A DNA stretch of 64,000 bases from Eledone cirrhosa. Taxonomy: Eukaryota. Positions 12,360 to 24,770 of the stretch are shown here, one piece after another (the stretch's first letter is position 1; every line of letters begins with the position of its first letter). The stretch lies in the NCBI GenBank assembly GCA_964016885.1, contig OZ024753.1, positions 21,700,001-21,764,000 on the forward strand, in the 5' to 3' direction. The notes below the pieces were generated by a model that saw only the letters and a list, made by a program, of their open reading frames with translations, was not told the DNA's origin and did not search any database. The position numbers and the translations under genes were made by a program.

Positions 12360-12605
12360 GTGAGGAAGATGAAAAACCAAGGGAGCACCCCTTCTCTGAG
12401 CTCCTGAGGAGAAGGGTTGCACACTTTTTTCGGGGGTGTGTGCGACCCCCCAAGGCGCCTCCTCTCTATTGAGGACTTTGTTATAAATTTTATTTTTTGT
12501 TATATTTTATTTTATTTTTATATATTGTTATTGAGGACGCCTTGTTTTGTAAACTCCCCCCATTGTACTTGTCCCACTTTTGATGCCCTGGTGGCAAATA
12601 AAAGA

Positions 12606-12656
<51 letters not shown>

Positions 12657-12740
12657 CTTTGAATAACTTTGAAATGTTTTGGCCAGTATTGGCCCAGGCC
12701 ATGTCTAACTTAATAGCACCACCTGGCGAAGTCTTTCAAT

Positions 12741-15700
12741 TCAGGATTTGGGCACCATGGCCCATTCGAGAAGAGAATTACTGTTTGCGGAGACATATCC
12801 GGGTGTGGGTGGTTTGTCCGGGATTACTTGGAGGAATTTGTCCAAAGACTTCTTGAATTTTGAGTGGTCAGTTTCTGTTTTGATGTGTCCTGGTGTGATG
12901 TTGAAGAGAGCAGGGCCGATTGAGGTGAAATAATTGTGCCGTATTGTTGTTATGAGTTGCGATTTAGATTTTTGAATGGGACGGATAGCACGGGGCCCAA
13001 GCCTTGGGTGTATCTTGAAGGCGATGCCAACATCATTTGGGCAGTGATGATGGAACATTTTCCACATCATGCAGATAATATAACGCTCACGGCGACGTTG
13101 GAGTGAGTAAAGTTTCAGGTTTTCCAATCGACCCCAGTAGTCAAGGTCTGACATGCCATCTATCTTTTTCGTGATTGCCCTTTGAGGAGCTTCAAGTTTC
13201 ATGATACTTTGTTTCGTGTGGGGAGACCACAGTGGACAACAGTATTCAAGGTGTGGTCGGGCGAAAGTAGAGAAGAGAACGATAATGGTGCGGGAATCTC
13301 TCGACTGGAAGGTTCTGAGGATCCAGGAACACATTCTGCGGGCCATGTCAACTTTGCTGCTTATATGCGTGGTCCAGCTTATGTTGCTGTCCACGGTTAC
13401 TCCCAAGTCTCTGATGTTGTTAGATGCCACGAGAGTTTCCCCGGAGGGAAGGGAGTACGGGAGTTTCAGAACATCCTCTTTTCCAAAGTGGATCAGTTCG
13501 AATTTGTCCTCGTTCAGTAACATGTTGTTCTTTTCTGCCCATTGGGTAACAGCCAGTAGGTCTGACTGAAGGCTTATCCGGTCATCCACGCCATTGATGA
13601 CCTTTTGGAGCTTGGAATCATCAGCGAAAATTTTAATGTTGCTGTGTTTGATGATGTCAGTGATGTCATTAATATAGATGATGAAGAGAAGTGGGCCCAA
13701 CACAGTGCCTTGTGGGACTCCACTACTGACTTTGGCTGGGCTTGATTTGACTCCCTCAACTACAACATGTTGGGTTCTGTTTGACAGGAAGCTCTTGATC
13801 CACTGCAGCAGCTTTCCAGTGACACCAATATTGGACAGCTTTCTCAGTAGAATGTTATGATCAACCCTGTCAAAGGCCTTGCTGAAATCAAGGTAGATAA
13901 CATCAGTGTTGGAACCCTCTCCCAAGGCTCTCAAAATGTCATCAAAGTGATGCAGTAGTTGCGTCAGGCAATCCCTTCCATTACGGAATCCATGCTGGTT
14001 GGAGTTCAGCATATTGTTACTCTCAAGGAAGTGGGTCATTCGCGATCTCACCACTCGCTCAAATACCTTAATGATATGAGAGGTGAGTGAGATTGGACGG
14101 TAATTCACGGCAAGGGATTTGTTTCCCTTTTTGAAAACTGGGACAACAGACTGGGATAGAAGGTTTTCTGGCACATATCCAGCATCCAGTGAGTTCCGCC
14201 ACAGATTGGCAAGAGGAGAAGCAAGTTGGTGTTGACACGCCTTCAGGACACAAGCAGGGAACCTATCGGGACCTACTGCTGAATTATGCTTGATTTCCTT
14301 TATTGCCGCCAAGACATCAGGGGCGCCAAACGTTATGTCCGATAAGGTGTAATGGGGAGTAACATCGCCGATACAGCCCAGATCGGCCATATCAGGATTG
14401 CTGAAAACAGAGCAGTATTGTTTCTGCAGTATCTCACCCATGGTTTTAGCATTGTCTTGAAGAGTGCCATTTTCATCAATTAGAGGGCCAACAGTAGAGC
14501 CAGTGATTTTGTGTTTTTTTGCAAATGAAAAGAACACTTTGGGATTGAGTTTGATCTTCTCAATGGCCCAGGCCTCTTCAGCTCTTCTCTGATTGTTGAT
14601 GAGGGACATTATGTTGTTTTGGAGGTTATGTTTTTTAATCTCTAGTGATGAAATGGCAGTCAAGTTGATGTGTTGCTGCTGACAGTATTTCAGCTTGTTG
14701 ATTTTTTTGTTCGTTCTCTTAATTTTTCTGATGAGCGTTTTTCTATTTCTAGGGATTCTGCTCTTAGATTTGTTTATAGTTCTTAATGGGGTGTGTTTAG
14801 CACATATGTTTGTAACAGTGTCCACAAATGTCTGCCAGGACTTTTTGATGTTAGTGGGTGTATGAGTGTGCGTGAAGGACCAGTCGACATGTGCAAGATC
14901 ATGACTGATCGCTTCCCAGTTTGCATTGTGGAAATCCATAGCGTCAAACGGATGGACAGGAGAGATGACATTGGGTTTGTATATTGGACGGTGGAATCTC
15001 AGATCACAGAGAACCATGTCATGATCAGAGAGTAGAGTTTTCTCCACTGCAATATTGTGGATATTGTCAGTGTGATTGCTGAAAATTAAGTCTAGGACGT
15101 TTTTGTGGCACCTCGTTGGTTCGAGCACTAGTTGGGATAGGAAGAAATCATCCATGAAGTCAAGAAGTGATTCCACAGCTTCCCTGTCAGAGGTTGAGGC
15201 AGAAGAACCTGGTGGCAGGGTGTTTGTGGACCAGTCAACTCCGGAGAGGTTGAAGTCCCCCATCATTAAGATGTTGTCAGGGTGACACTCTTGGATGAAA
15301 CACTTTATGCTGTTGAGGCATTCCTTGAAGCATGGTACAGGCGTTTGGGGTGGCCTATAGAGCCCAACTACTAATAGGTTGTTGGTTTGACTGAATACAG
15401 TGACTGCCTCACAGTATCCATTAGTGAATATGTTCATAGCCTCTGTTGAGAAAGAATTATGGACATAAATGGCAGTTCCGCCCTTTCTTCTGCCAGCGCG
15501 ATCAGCACGGATGGCTTTGAAATTTTTCACTTTCACCTCGGCTTCCAAGTGGAGGTTACTGAGATGGGTTTCAGTGAGGACGAAGAAAGGGATGTGGTTT
15601 GGATGGACATCAATCCAGTCCTCCAGGAATTTGATCTTCCATTTTTGAGTATTGGTGGAAGGGCTGATGCCTTGGGCGTTAAGCAAAAATGTAGAGGCGA

Positions 15701-15761
15701 GAGTGGATGGTTTTAATTGTTTTGGTGTGTTGTTAATTTGTTTGTTTGTTAATGGCAGCAA
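12741..15761 (-). CDS. ORF2: APE endonuclease + reverse transcriptase (CR1-group)
   Basis: LTETHL, YRPP, GDFN, LDL, SDH; [46 protein letters not shown]; intact frame but no AUG before the APE domain. Confidence 0.95.
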   Translation of the reverse strand: MLPLTNKQINNTPKQLKPSTLASTFLLNAQGISPSTNTQKWKIKFLEDWIDVHPNHIPFFVLTETHLSNLHLEAEVKVKNFKAIRADRAGRRKGGTAIYVHNSFSTEAMNIFTNGYCEAVTVFSQTNNLLVVGLYRPPQTPVPCFKECLNSIKCFIQECHPDNILMMGDFNLSGVDWSTNTLPPGSSASTSDREAVESLLDFMDDFFLSQLVLEPTRCHKNVLDLIFSNHTDNIHNIAVEKTLLSDHDMVLCDLRFHRPIYKPNVISPVHPFDAMDFHNANWEAISHDLAHVDWSFTHTHTPTNIKKSWQTFVDTVTNICAKHTPLRTINKSKSRIPRNRKTLIRKIKRTNKKINKLKYCQQQHINLTAISSLEIKKHNLQNNIMSLINNQRRAEEAWAIEKIKLNPKVFFSFAKKHKITGSTVGPLIDENGTLQDNAKTMGEILQKQYCSVFSNPDMADLGCIGDVTPHYTLSDITFGAPDVLAAIKEIKHNSAVGPDRFPACVLKACQHQLASPLANLWRNSLDAGYVPENLLSQSVVPVFKKGNKSLAVNYRPISLTSHIIKVFERVVRSRMTHFLESNNMLNSNQHGFRNGRDCLTQLLHHFDDILRALGEGSNTDVIYLDFSKAFDRVDHNILLRKLSNIGVTGKLLQWIKSFLSNRTQHVVVEGVKSSPAKVSSGVPQGTVLGPLLFIIYINDITDIIKHSNIKIFADDSKLQKVINGVDDRISLQSDLLAVTQWAEKNNMLLNEDKFELIHFGKEDVLKLPYSLPSGETLVASNNIRDLGVTVDSNISWTTHISSKVDMARRMCSWILRTFQSRDSRTIIVLFSTFARPHLEYCCPLWSPHTKQSIMKLEAPQRAITKKIDGMSDLDYWGRLENLKLYSLQRRRERYIICMMWKMFHHHCPNDVGIAFKIHPRLGPRAIRPIQKSKSQLITTIRHNYFTSIGPALFNITPGHIKTETDHSKFKKSLDKFLQVIPDKPPTPGYVSANSNSLLEWAMVPKS

Positions 15762-16516
15762 TGGGAGTTTGTGCAGTGGGGTGATAGTGGAGGGTGGTGC
15801 TGGGTGATAGCTCGAATGTTTTTTTCCAGTTCTTTTGCCAGATTCATTATGGCTAAAAAAGAGGAAGAAGTTTCCTGTTTAGAAGACTGTTGGTGACTGT
15901 GGTAGTGGTTATTTTTATGTAGGTTATGGTTTTTGTTTTTGCTTTTATTTTTAATTTTATTTTCATTTTCATTTATCCGACGGGTCCCCGGGAGATGGGT
16001 AAAGGGACAATCCCGGTCTAAACACAATCTGTCTCGCAGGGAAAAACGGCAGATTTGTGGATTCCTTGTTTGAGTTATTGGTGGTTGTGTTGGTGTTAAA
16101 TTAGAGTATGTATTATGGTGGTGGCTGTTTGTGGGGATAGATCGTTTTGTTCTAGGTAAATGGGTGAATTTGCAGCCACTATCCGTACATATTCTATAGC
16201 GTAGAGAGTAGCGGCAAATGATGGGGTTTCGAGTGGGTGGGTATGTGGGTGTGGGTGTTGTGAGAGGTGTAGATGATTGTTTGGGTAGGATTTGACGACC
16301 TTTGTGGACTGTGGGAGGGAGAGTTCTTGTTCTGGTATTAGAAGGTAAATTCCTTGACATAGCAGTAGACAAAAATGTTGTAGTAGCAGTAGTAGTAGGC
16401 AGAGATGTTGGCAGTGTTGATGATTGGACTGCTGGGCCAGAGAAAGGATGTGGCGTTTCATGCTGTGAGACAGAGGCTACTGGGGGGTCAATAGTTTCAT
16501 TTAGTAGATCGGCCAT
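15749..16516 (-). CDS. ORF1 with two CCCH zinc fingers
   Basis: [19 protein letters not shown] and [19 protein letters not shown] (C-x8-C-x4-C-x3-H); ATG at 16516; the frame stays open upstream through a CAA/CAG polyGln tract. Confidence 0.7.
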   Translation of the reverse strand: MADLLNETIDPPVASVSQHETPHPFSGPAVQSSTLPTSLPTTTATTTFLSTAMSRNLPSNTRTRTLPPTVHKGRQILPKQSSTPLTTPTPTYPPTRNPIICRYSLRYRICTDSGCKFTHLPRTKRSIPTNSHHHNTYSNLTPTQPPITQTRNPQICRFSLRDRLCLDRDCPFTHLPGTRRINENENKIKNKSKNKNHNLHKNNHYHSHQQSSKQETSSSFLAIMNLAKELEKNIRAITQHHPPLSPHCTNSHCCH

Positions 16517-16753
16517 TGTTGAATCAAGGAGTGGTTCACACTGTTGTTGTCGTTGTTGTTGTTGTTGCTGTTGTTGATGTTGTTGTTGTAGCTGTTGTTG
16601 TTGTAGCTGTTGTTGTTGTTGCTGTTGTAGCTGCTGTTGTTGTTGTTGCTGCTGCTGGACAGCATTCGAAGAGAAAACACACCGTAGTTTATCCAAATGT
16701 TTGATTAATTTAAAAGCAATTTCGATTTGCTTTAATTTATTTTGAATCTGTTG

Positions 16754-16851
<98 letters not shown>

Positions 16852-16968
16852 GATATGTATATATATATATATATGTATATATGTATATATATATATATAT
16901 GTATGTATATATATGTATATATATATACATATAACATATAACATACATATAAGTATAACAATATATAT

Positions 16969-17441
16969 ATATTGTTATACTTTGGGAGGGTCATGTTGCC
17001 AATAAGAAACACACGCACCAGTTGCTTTCACTTCAATTTAATATATATTTATAAATTTACAAATCTCTGGTTGGTTGGTTGGTTCCACAACCAGATAGTT
17101 GTTTATATATATATATAGTCATAGTTCACACACAAACAAAATGGCGTAGGATAGAAGAAACGAAAGGCACAGAAACGAAGAAAGAAATCCCCAGTCACTG
17201 AAGAGGTCACAGAGTGTGTGACGAAAGAACTATGACTATATATATATATAAACAACTATCTGGTTGTGGAACCAACCAACCAACCAGAGATTTGTAAATT
17301 TATAAATATATATTAAATTGAAGTGAAAGCAACTGGTGCGTGTGTTTCTTATTGGCAACATGACCCTCCCAAAGTATAACAATATCGGTTTCAACACACG
17401 ATTTCAGATAAAGAATCTTGCTAAACAAATTCAGAAACGAA
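16969..17441 (+). mobile_element. Palindromic hammerhead-bearing PLE-derived mini-element
   Basis: Perfect inverted repeat 16969-17127/17227-17385, 99-nt spacer, 56-nt tail, (TA)n flanks; relative at 39652. Confidence 0.8.
17193..17237 (+). ncRNA. Hammerhead ribozyme with 1-nt insertion before stem II
   Basis: Stem I agtca/tgact; CTGAAGA-g; stem II gtcaca/tgtgac; GAAA-GAAC-UA. Confidence 0.7.
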
Positions 17442-17470
17442 ATATATATATATATATATATATATATAAG

Positions 17471-17502
<32 letters not shown>

Positions 17503-17684
17503 GATAAGTATATATATAGATATGTATATATATATAGATATGTATATATATATATAGATATGTATATATATAGAGATATGTATATATATAGAGATATGTA
17601 TATATATATATGTATATATATATAGATATGTATATATATATACATATCTATATATATATATATATGTATATATATATAAATATG

Positions 17685-17723
<39 letters not shown>

Positions 17724-17801
17724 GTGTGTATATATATATATGTATCTATATATATATATGTGTGTGTATATATATGTATGTATATATATATATATATATA
17801 G

Positions 17802-17860
<59 letters not shown>

Positions 17861-17920
17861 GATATGTATATATATATACATATCTATATATATATATATA
17901 TGTATATATATATAAATATG

Positions 17921-17953
<33 letters not shown>

Positions 17954-18108
17954 GTGTGTATATATATATATGTATCTATATATATATATGTGTGTGTGTA
18001 TATATGTATGTATATATATATGTGTGTATATATATATGTGTATATATATATATATGTGTATATATATATATATATATGTCTGTATATATATATATATATA
18101 TATATATC

Positions 18109-18333
18109 TGTAGTGAAGGCGTGTGGCTGAGTGGTTAGAGAATTGGGTTCGCAATCGTAAGGTTGTGAGTTCGATTCCTGGACCAGGCGATGCGTTATGT
18201 CCTTGAGCAAGACACTTTATTTCACGTTGCTCCTTCTACCTGGAGTTGCGACCGATAGATAGTATTAGCAACTGGAAAGACCAACGGAAACATTGTTCCC
18301 TCGGTCCGATTTGACGAAAGTCGATCGTTCCTT
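18109..18333 (+). mobile_element. tRNA-derived SINE (CORE/V-like central domain)
   Basis: A box tggctgagtgg, B box gttcgattcc, then tgtccttgagcaagacacttt; second copy at 42070-42258. Confidence 0.8.
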
Positions 18334-18341
18334 TATATATG

Positions 18342-18390
<49 letters not shown>

Positions 18391-18397
18391 ATATATA

Positions 18398-18437
<40 letters not shown>

Positions 18438-18589
18438 TGTATATATATATATATTTGTATGTATATATATATATATATATGTCTGTATATGTATGTATAT
18501 ATATATGTATGTATATATATATATGAATGTGTATATATATATATATATGTATGTATATATATATGTGTGTGTATATATATATATGTGTG

Positions 18590-18661
<72 letters not shown>

Positions 18662-18711
18662 TGTGTATATATATATGTGTATATATGTATATATATATAT
18701 GTGTATATATA

Positions 18712-18743
<32 letters not shown>

Positions 18744-18755
18744 CATACACATGTA

Positions 18756-18787
<32 letters not shown>

Positions 18788-18849
18788 CACACACATGTAT
18801 CTCTCTCTCTCTATATATATATATATATACACACACATGTATATATATA

Positions 18850-19260
18850 TGTAGCGACGTGGTTAGTCAGTCTGGTCACTACTTCTGATCAGATCCGAGA
18901 ATAGCCCTTAGAAGGACTGTTATCGCATACAGTCTGATCAGATCTGAAGGTGGCCCGTAAAAGGACTGTTGTCGCATATAGCCCTTAAAAAACCTGTTTA
19001 GGATGGACAGACGAAAGCACAAGTTGAAAGGATGAAGCAGGGCGAGATGTAAATTCGATCAGCTATTTATTTTCACATGAAGCAACGATACGAAGTACAA
19101 GGCGTGTGTGAGTGACAAAGCGTGGCAGAGGCGAGGGACAACGATACGCTAGCTGACTCTGCCAAATGTCGACTGCTGAAGTGTTTGGAACCACTCTATT
19201 TATACAGAAATAATCGTTTGATGTTTAGCCGCTGTGAAGGCGTTTATTCTGGTAGGTCTT
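18850..19260 (-). mobile_element. Possible solo-LTR fragment
   Basis: Minus strand ends ...cgctaca against (TA)n, with a TATA-like motif and AATAAA upstream and an internal ~48-bp duplication; the other end is not identified. Confidence 0.3.
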
Positions 19261-19868
19261 AAGGGTTCTTTTGAGTGGGGATCAGTGGTGGTAGGGTGTG
19301 AGAGTGGGTGGTGTAAGTGGGTGTGTGTGTTCGTGTGCGTGGGCTCGGGGGGTGTTAGTGATGTTAGTTGCGGGGTGGTGGGGGTGGATGGGTGGGGGTG
19401 AGGGTGAGTGGTGGTAGTAGGGTGTGTGTTTAGTGTGAGCGCGTGTATATATGTGCCGGTGGATGTGTGCGTGTGATAAGGGGAGCGGGTGAAGAAGGGA
19501 GGGATGTTAGTATGTTAGTTGGGGAAGGGTGGTCGGGTGTGGGTGGAGGTGTTAGTATTGTTAGTTGGGGGTGGGCGGTGAAAAGGAGGGGTGTGTTAGT
19601 GGTGTTAGTGGGGGATATGTGTGGGGGGAGGGGGCGGTCGAAGGCTAAAGGAATAAGGGTGGGGAGTTTAGGCCGGGAGGAGTGTGGGTCTGTAGGGTGA
19701 AGATGGTTCGTTGTTCGACCCTGAGGAGAGTGGCGGGTGTTCTGTCGCATTGGAGTAGGCCACAGACTGTGAGGTGGTGTGGGGAATGTCCAGGGGCACC
19801 AGGGGGATAGGGGAACTACCACCGAGACGAATAACTCGGAGGTGTTCGATATATATATATATATATAT

Positions 19869-21060
19869 GAATATAGACATAGAATATTCGAAAATATTCT
19901 GTATGTTCATAATAAACATTTTGAAGACCTAATCGCTATAGAATAGAATACGTCACGTATTACAATTAGATTCTCGATAAAAGCAAGGGAAGTAAATCTA
20001 CGCGTTTCATTCTTATTAGAAATCGTCAGGACTACATATCCAGTGCTTTCATCGAGAATGACACAGCTAGAGACTTATAGAATACTTAGCTGTGTACAGG
20101 AACTGGTTTGAAAGAGCGGTTGCCGGTCCGGCAGAAATTAGAAATTGGAATAAATGCTCTGAAATAGCGATATATATGTGAATATAGACATAGAATATTC
20201 GAAAATATTCTGTATGTTCATAATAAACATTTTGAAGACCTAATCGCTATAGAATAGAATACGTCACGTATTACAATTAGATTCTCGATAAAAGCAAGGG
20301 AAGTAAATCTACGCGTTTCATTCTTATTAGAAATCGTCAGGACTACATATCCAGTGCTTTCATCGAGAATGACACAGCTAGAGACTTATAGAATACTTAG
20401 CTGTGTACAGGAACTGGTTTGAAAGAGCGGTTGCCGGTCCGGCAGAAATTAGAAATTGGAATAAATGCTCTGAAATAGCGATATATATGTGAATATAGAC
20501 ATAGAATATTCGAAAATATTCTGTATGTTCATAATAAACATTTTGAAGACCTAATCGCTATAGAATAGAATACGTCACGTATTACAATTAGATTCTCTTG
20601 CTTTTATCGAGAATCTAATTGTAATACGTGACGTATTCTATTCTATAGCGATTAGGTCTTCAAAATGTTTATTATGAACATACAGAATATTTTCGAATAT
20701 TCTATGTCTATATTCACATATATATCGCTATTTCAGAGCATTTATTCCAATTTCTAATTTCTGCCGGACCGGCAACCGCTCTTTCAAACCAGTTCCTGTA
20801 CACAGCTAAGTATTCTATAAGTCTCTAGCTGTGTCATTCTCGATGAAAGCACTGGATATGTAGTCCTGACGATTTCTAATAAGAATGAAACGCGTAGATT
20901 TACTTCCCTTGCTTTTATCGAGAATCTAATTGTAATACGTGACGTATTCTATTCTATAGCGATTAGGTCTTCAAAATGTTTATTATGAACATACAGAATA
21001 TTTTCGAATATTCTATGTCTATATTCACATATATATCGCTATTTCAGAGCATTTATTCCA

Positions 21061-21066
<6 letters not shown>
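19869..21066. mobile_element. Tandem 311-bp hammerhead repeat (retrozyme/pLTR-like) in inverted arrangement
   Basis: Unit starts at 19869, 20180 and 20491 (about 2.3 copies, minus); inversion at 20597/20598; then about 1.5 copies on plus; (TA)n flanks. Confidence 0.85.
20862..20900 (+). ncRNA. Type I minimal hammerhead ribozyme (copies at 19995-20033 and 20306-20344, minus)
   Basis: Stem I agtc/gatt; CTGACGA; stem II ttct-aata-agaa; GAAA; palindromic CGCG; UA. Confidence 0.85.
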
Positions 21067-21110
<44 letters not shown>

Positions 21111-21124
21111 GTATATATATACAC

Positions 21125-21172
<48 letters not shown>

Positions 21173-21214
21173 GTATATATATACACGAATGTATATATAT
21201 ATATATATATATAT

Positions 21215-21381
21215 ATAGTAATAATAATAAATTTGAAGACTAAAATCCAAAGAGGGCTCGATAAGGATAAATATATATCAAATATATAAGAACCGTAAAG
21301 CAAATATTTATTAAAATAACAGATTAAAATTTAAGCAAAGAATCACTGCTTTCACCCTTAACGGGATCTTCTGAAACTAAC

Positions 21382-21385
<4 letters not shown>
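21215..21385 (-). mobile_element. PLE-terminus-like repeat fragment (family also at 59109-59430 and 60953-61075)
   Basis: Shared blocks cagaagatcccgttaagggtg.aagcag and gccctctttggattttagtcttca. Confidence 0.55.
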
Positions 21386-21414
<29 letters not shown>

Positions 21415-22616
21415 AACCAGTAAGACCCCGACAGCTGAGCTCAAGCCGTTTCGACGGCTAATTCTGGACTAAATGAACATTTATCCTGGTATTTAAATAG
21501 CCGATCTTCTCAAGGGGTAATTCCATATATGGTCAAAGTGATTGTCAAAAATCAGTAGTAATTCTGTGGTTGCAAATTAGTAGGGGAGATGGTGGCTAAA
21601 CCTGCCAGTAGGAGAAAGAGGGGAGGGGGTGGAGTAGACCCAATCAAGCGTTGGTAGTGCCAGCTACAGCTGGGCATGAGGTCAAAGAAGATACAGGGGA
21701 GGGGGAGGGGGAGGAAGTCGGAACGGTAGGTAGAACAATGGGGGGTAAAAATAGGAAAGAAAAAATACTGAGAGTGAAGAAAAGCAAATAAGTGTAAAGA
21801 AAAAATTAAATTCTACGACCTAGGTGTCAGGCTATTGTTAGGCGAGAATAAAATAAAGAAAGAAAGAAAGAAGTAAATAAATAAATAAATAAATAAATAA
21901 GGAAATAAGTAAAAGAACTAGGTGGGACGAATTAGGCAAGGACCCTTTTAAGAGGTATAAGTACGTAAATGATACGGTGACTGGTCAACAAGAGGGGCCA
22001 AAATACTAAAGAGACTACCACGAAATAAACAATAAAGGTTTCCATCCCGGGCCAGCAACGACCCAGTGCAGCAAAGTGAACTTGTACGACATAATAATTC
22101 TGAGTCCCGGGAAAAATATATACTAATGCTAACTCTAAAAGATCTAAAACAAGCTACATGAAAGTTCGTACGAAATAAAGGTAGAATACGGAGAAATAAG
22201 TTCAGAATCCACCCCGCCCAGAAGAAAAGCGAAGCAAGAAATACTGAAACGAAAAAATAAGGCATAAGTGCCACTAAGAAATATAGAGGGCACAGAGAAT
22301 AGTGGGAGCGGTCGGAAAAGGGGGGCAAGTATCCGGGGTCTAAGCCAACTGCTATAAAGGGCGGAGTCCGCCAAATCTATCAAAGACTAGGGGAGGGGGG
22401 AGTGGGGGTACTAAGGCTACATGGGGCCAAAGGGCAGCCTCGGGTGGGCGAGAAAAGACGCCGACAAAGGAGAAGAGCTGGGGTAGAAGGACAAAGGAGA
22501 GAGGGGGGAAGGAAATAAAGGATGCGATAAAAGAATACAAAGAAGATCTTACGTCTTCCTTGGCAAGCAGGGGTTACCCATTGCAAAATCGGCAACTGGG
22601 GTGTTATAGCCCTAGT

Positions 22617-24770
22617 CTACCCCCCCGGGTCATTATGGGGTTTGAGGGCGAGGTAAGTCCTACGCAATCTATGTTTACATGCAGTAACCAGTTCATCTTT
22701 CTTGTTTAGGAGTTGGTCCGTCGAAAACAGCATTTGTAAAGTTTCCTCCGAGCATAAATTGCACGGACGGCGTCCTCCCGTGTAAGAATTGGCTCTGGAC
22801 AGTAATCTCCAAGTGAGATCATAGGTGATGTTGTTGTCCTTGAGGTCCCATATGTGGCCCGAAAGTGTAGTGGCGTGACGCCGGGCCGGGTTTCGGAAGG
22901 TATGTCTATGTTGGTATAGCCGGGTCTTGAAGTCACATGCGGTAAGTCCTATATAGGCTTTGTTGGAGGTATCCGTCCTCACGTTGCACTGGTAGATCAC
23001 ATTACGGTCTCTGCATCTATTGTCGAGTGGGCAAATAGATCTATCCGGGCAGTTACACCTCCTGGTCGGTTCTCCACTGCTATTTAGGTTATTTCTGCCA
23101 TCGGGGTTGAGTTTTTTGTTGTTAGAGGAGACGATGTTTTGTGCGAAGTTTGGTGTAGTGCTGTAAGAGAGTTTGATGGTATTATTGTTAATTATGTTGT
23201 GGTAGCGGTGTTGTAATGGGAAGTGTTTTTCAATGAGCCTAAAGAATAGTTTCCCGATGGGAGTAGTCACCTCTGCGTTGTGGGGAGGATTGAACCATGT
23301 TACATTGCGTGAGCGGCGGTGTCTCCTGCTGGTTCCGCTAATGGGATCTGGACAGTAGGATATTTCCTCCCGGAAACCACTCCGCTTGAGGGCCTGGTTG
23401 TAATAAGGTGCATGTTCATCGAATATCCGCTCATTAGCTGACAAACGGGATATGCGGAGGGAGATGTTTTTGACCAGGTTGTTTGTGATGTTCCTAGGAT
23501 GGTTTGATCGGCGGTGGATGTAGTGCAGATTGTCATTAGGTTTCCTGTATGGGTAGTACAGGTCGTTTTCGAGGTCGAGGGTTACGTCCAGGAAGTTTAC
23601 TCGGGTCAGGGACGTTTGTAGGGTTATTTTAAATCCCCAGTCGCGGAAGAATCTGATTAATTGTTTCCGGACCCGATCTGTACTACTGGGGTTGTACCCT
23701 TTAAGGGTAAGGAGCCCATCATCACGGTACAATCCACCACCGAATGCAGGAAACATATCAGTGAGTTTGGCTATTAGGAATAATCCTATAAGATCAGTGA
23801 CCTCCGCCGAATCCGTGGCGCCCATGCTGACGTCGAAGGGTGAGTCGGGAGCTCTTTTTATCCATTTAGAGTCGTCAAAGAGTAAGACTGTCTTCCTGGC
23901 GTGGAGGATGATTTTTCTTTCCTGGTCGGTGATGGGCACGAGTGTTTCGGCGAAGTCCAAGGCGGCAGTAAGTAGCGGTAAGGTGATTGAAGCATAGTAG
24001 CTCTCTATGTCGAACTGTATGAATTTAGTTTCTCGTTTATCCTCCATATTGCTGAACCAGGAGATTACTTCCTGGGTGTTGATCCATAGGCTAAGTCGGG
24101 TGTGTTGCTTGACTTTTGGTATCACGCGGTCTAGGATTTTTTTGCTGATTCTCCCTATGTCGGACTTCGTTGGGTTAATAAGCCTGATGGAGGGTTTACG
24201 GTCAAAATCGGATTTATGGTCCTTCAGTGTGAAGTATGGTGTCCGTGGGTCTAGAGGTTCCGTGCGGTCGGCGACCCCGAGGCTGGAGGTGATTTGTTGT
24301 CCATCTCGATTTATGTCTTCGATGCAAGAGTGGTTGGCCTTTTTATAGGTGGAGTTTAGGCTGCTCCTGATCAGTGTGTGGTATCTGTCAGGGTTGACAA
24401 AGTATAGGTTCCCAGTTTTATCCGAATGCACCATGATGTCATTTGTGTTATCATACTCTGTTAAGTTGCTACGGAGTTTTTGTAGGAATCGGTTGTGTCT
24501 GGGTTTAAATTTAATGTTCTTGACCAGTTGGAAGAGGTCATTCTCGAAGGGTGCGAGCAAGGGGTTCAGGGGCGGAGATTTGTAGGTAATAAATCCGAAT
24601 CTCTCCTTGGTGCCGAAGTCTTGGTTGTCGCAATATCTGTCATAGAAAAAAGTTCTCCATCTAAGTCTTTTCGCAAATAGATCAATTTTTTGCGTGAGCA
24701 TCCGAAGGTAAAGTTTTTTCGGTGGGATTGGGATGTTCTTGGTAGAGAAGTCAATGTTGTGTTTTCGCAT
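22617..24770 (-). CDS. PLE reverse transcriptase + GIY-YIG endonuclease (717 aa)
   Basis: DKT motif, FDIESYY, MGA, YRDDGL, NFLDV, CNC..CPL..C, VIY..YIG, CNLC..E; intact. Confidence 0.95.
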   Translation of the reverse strand: MRKHNIDFSTKNIPIPPKKLYLRMLTQKIDLFAKRLRWRTFFYDRYCDNQDFGTKERFGFITYKSPPLNPLLAPFENDLFQLVKNIKFKPRHNRFLQKLRSNLTEYDNTNDIMVHSDKTGNLYFVNPDRYHTLIRSSLNSTYKKANHSCIEDINRDGQQITSSLGVADRTEPLDPRTPYFTLKDHKSDFDRKPSIRLINPTKSDIGRISKKILDRVIPKVKQHTRLSLWINTQEVISWFSNMEDKRETKFIQFDIESYYASITLPLLTAALDFAETLVPITDQERKIILHARKTVLLFDDSKWIKRAPDSPFDVSMGATDSAEVTDLIGLFLIAKLTDMFPAFGGGLYRDDGLLTLKGYNPSSTDRVRKQLIRFFRDWGFKITLQTSLTRVNFLDVTLDLENDLYYPYRKPNDNLHYIHRRSNHPRNITNNLVKNISLRISRLSANERIFDEHAPYYNQALKRSGFREEISYCPDPISGTSRRHRRSRNVTWFNPPHNAEVTTPIGKLFFRLIEKHFPLQHRYHNIINNNTIKLSYSTTPNFAQNIVSSNNKKLNPDGRNNLNSSGEPTRRCNCPDRSICPLDNRCRDRNVIYQCNVRTDTSNKAYIGLTACDFKTRLYQHRHTFRNPARRHATTLSGHIWDLKDNNITYDLTWRLLSRANSYTGGRRPCNLCSEETLQMLFSTDQLLNKKDELVTACKHRLRRTYLALKPHNDPGG

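Larger units (their letters stand above)
7408..12608 (+). mobile_element. Tx1/L1-clade non-LTR retrotransposon, near full length
   Basis: Two-ORF structure, AATAAA at the 3' end, (TA)n on both sides. Confidence 0.9.
12654..16756 (-). mobile_element. CR1-group LINE, near full length
   Basis: ORF1 plus ORF2; 3' end is a short tandem repeat (ttcaaagtta)x2 abutting (TA)n; tail-to-tail with the Tx1 element. Confidence 0.85.

Noticed and set aside
18109-18190. tRNA gene
   Set aside because: The A/B boxes run into a SINE core, no clean cloverleaf is apparent, and a diverged second copy exists.
19265-19846. G-rich segment with Pro-rich minus-strand ORFs
   Set aside because: Low complexity, no motif and no second copy in the window; cannot be assigned.
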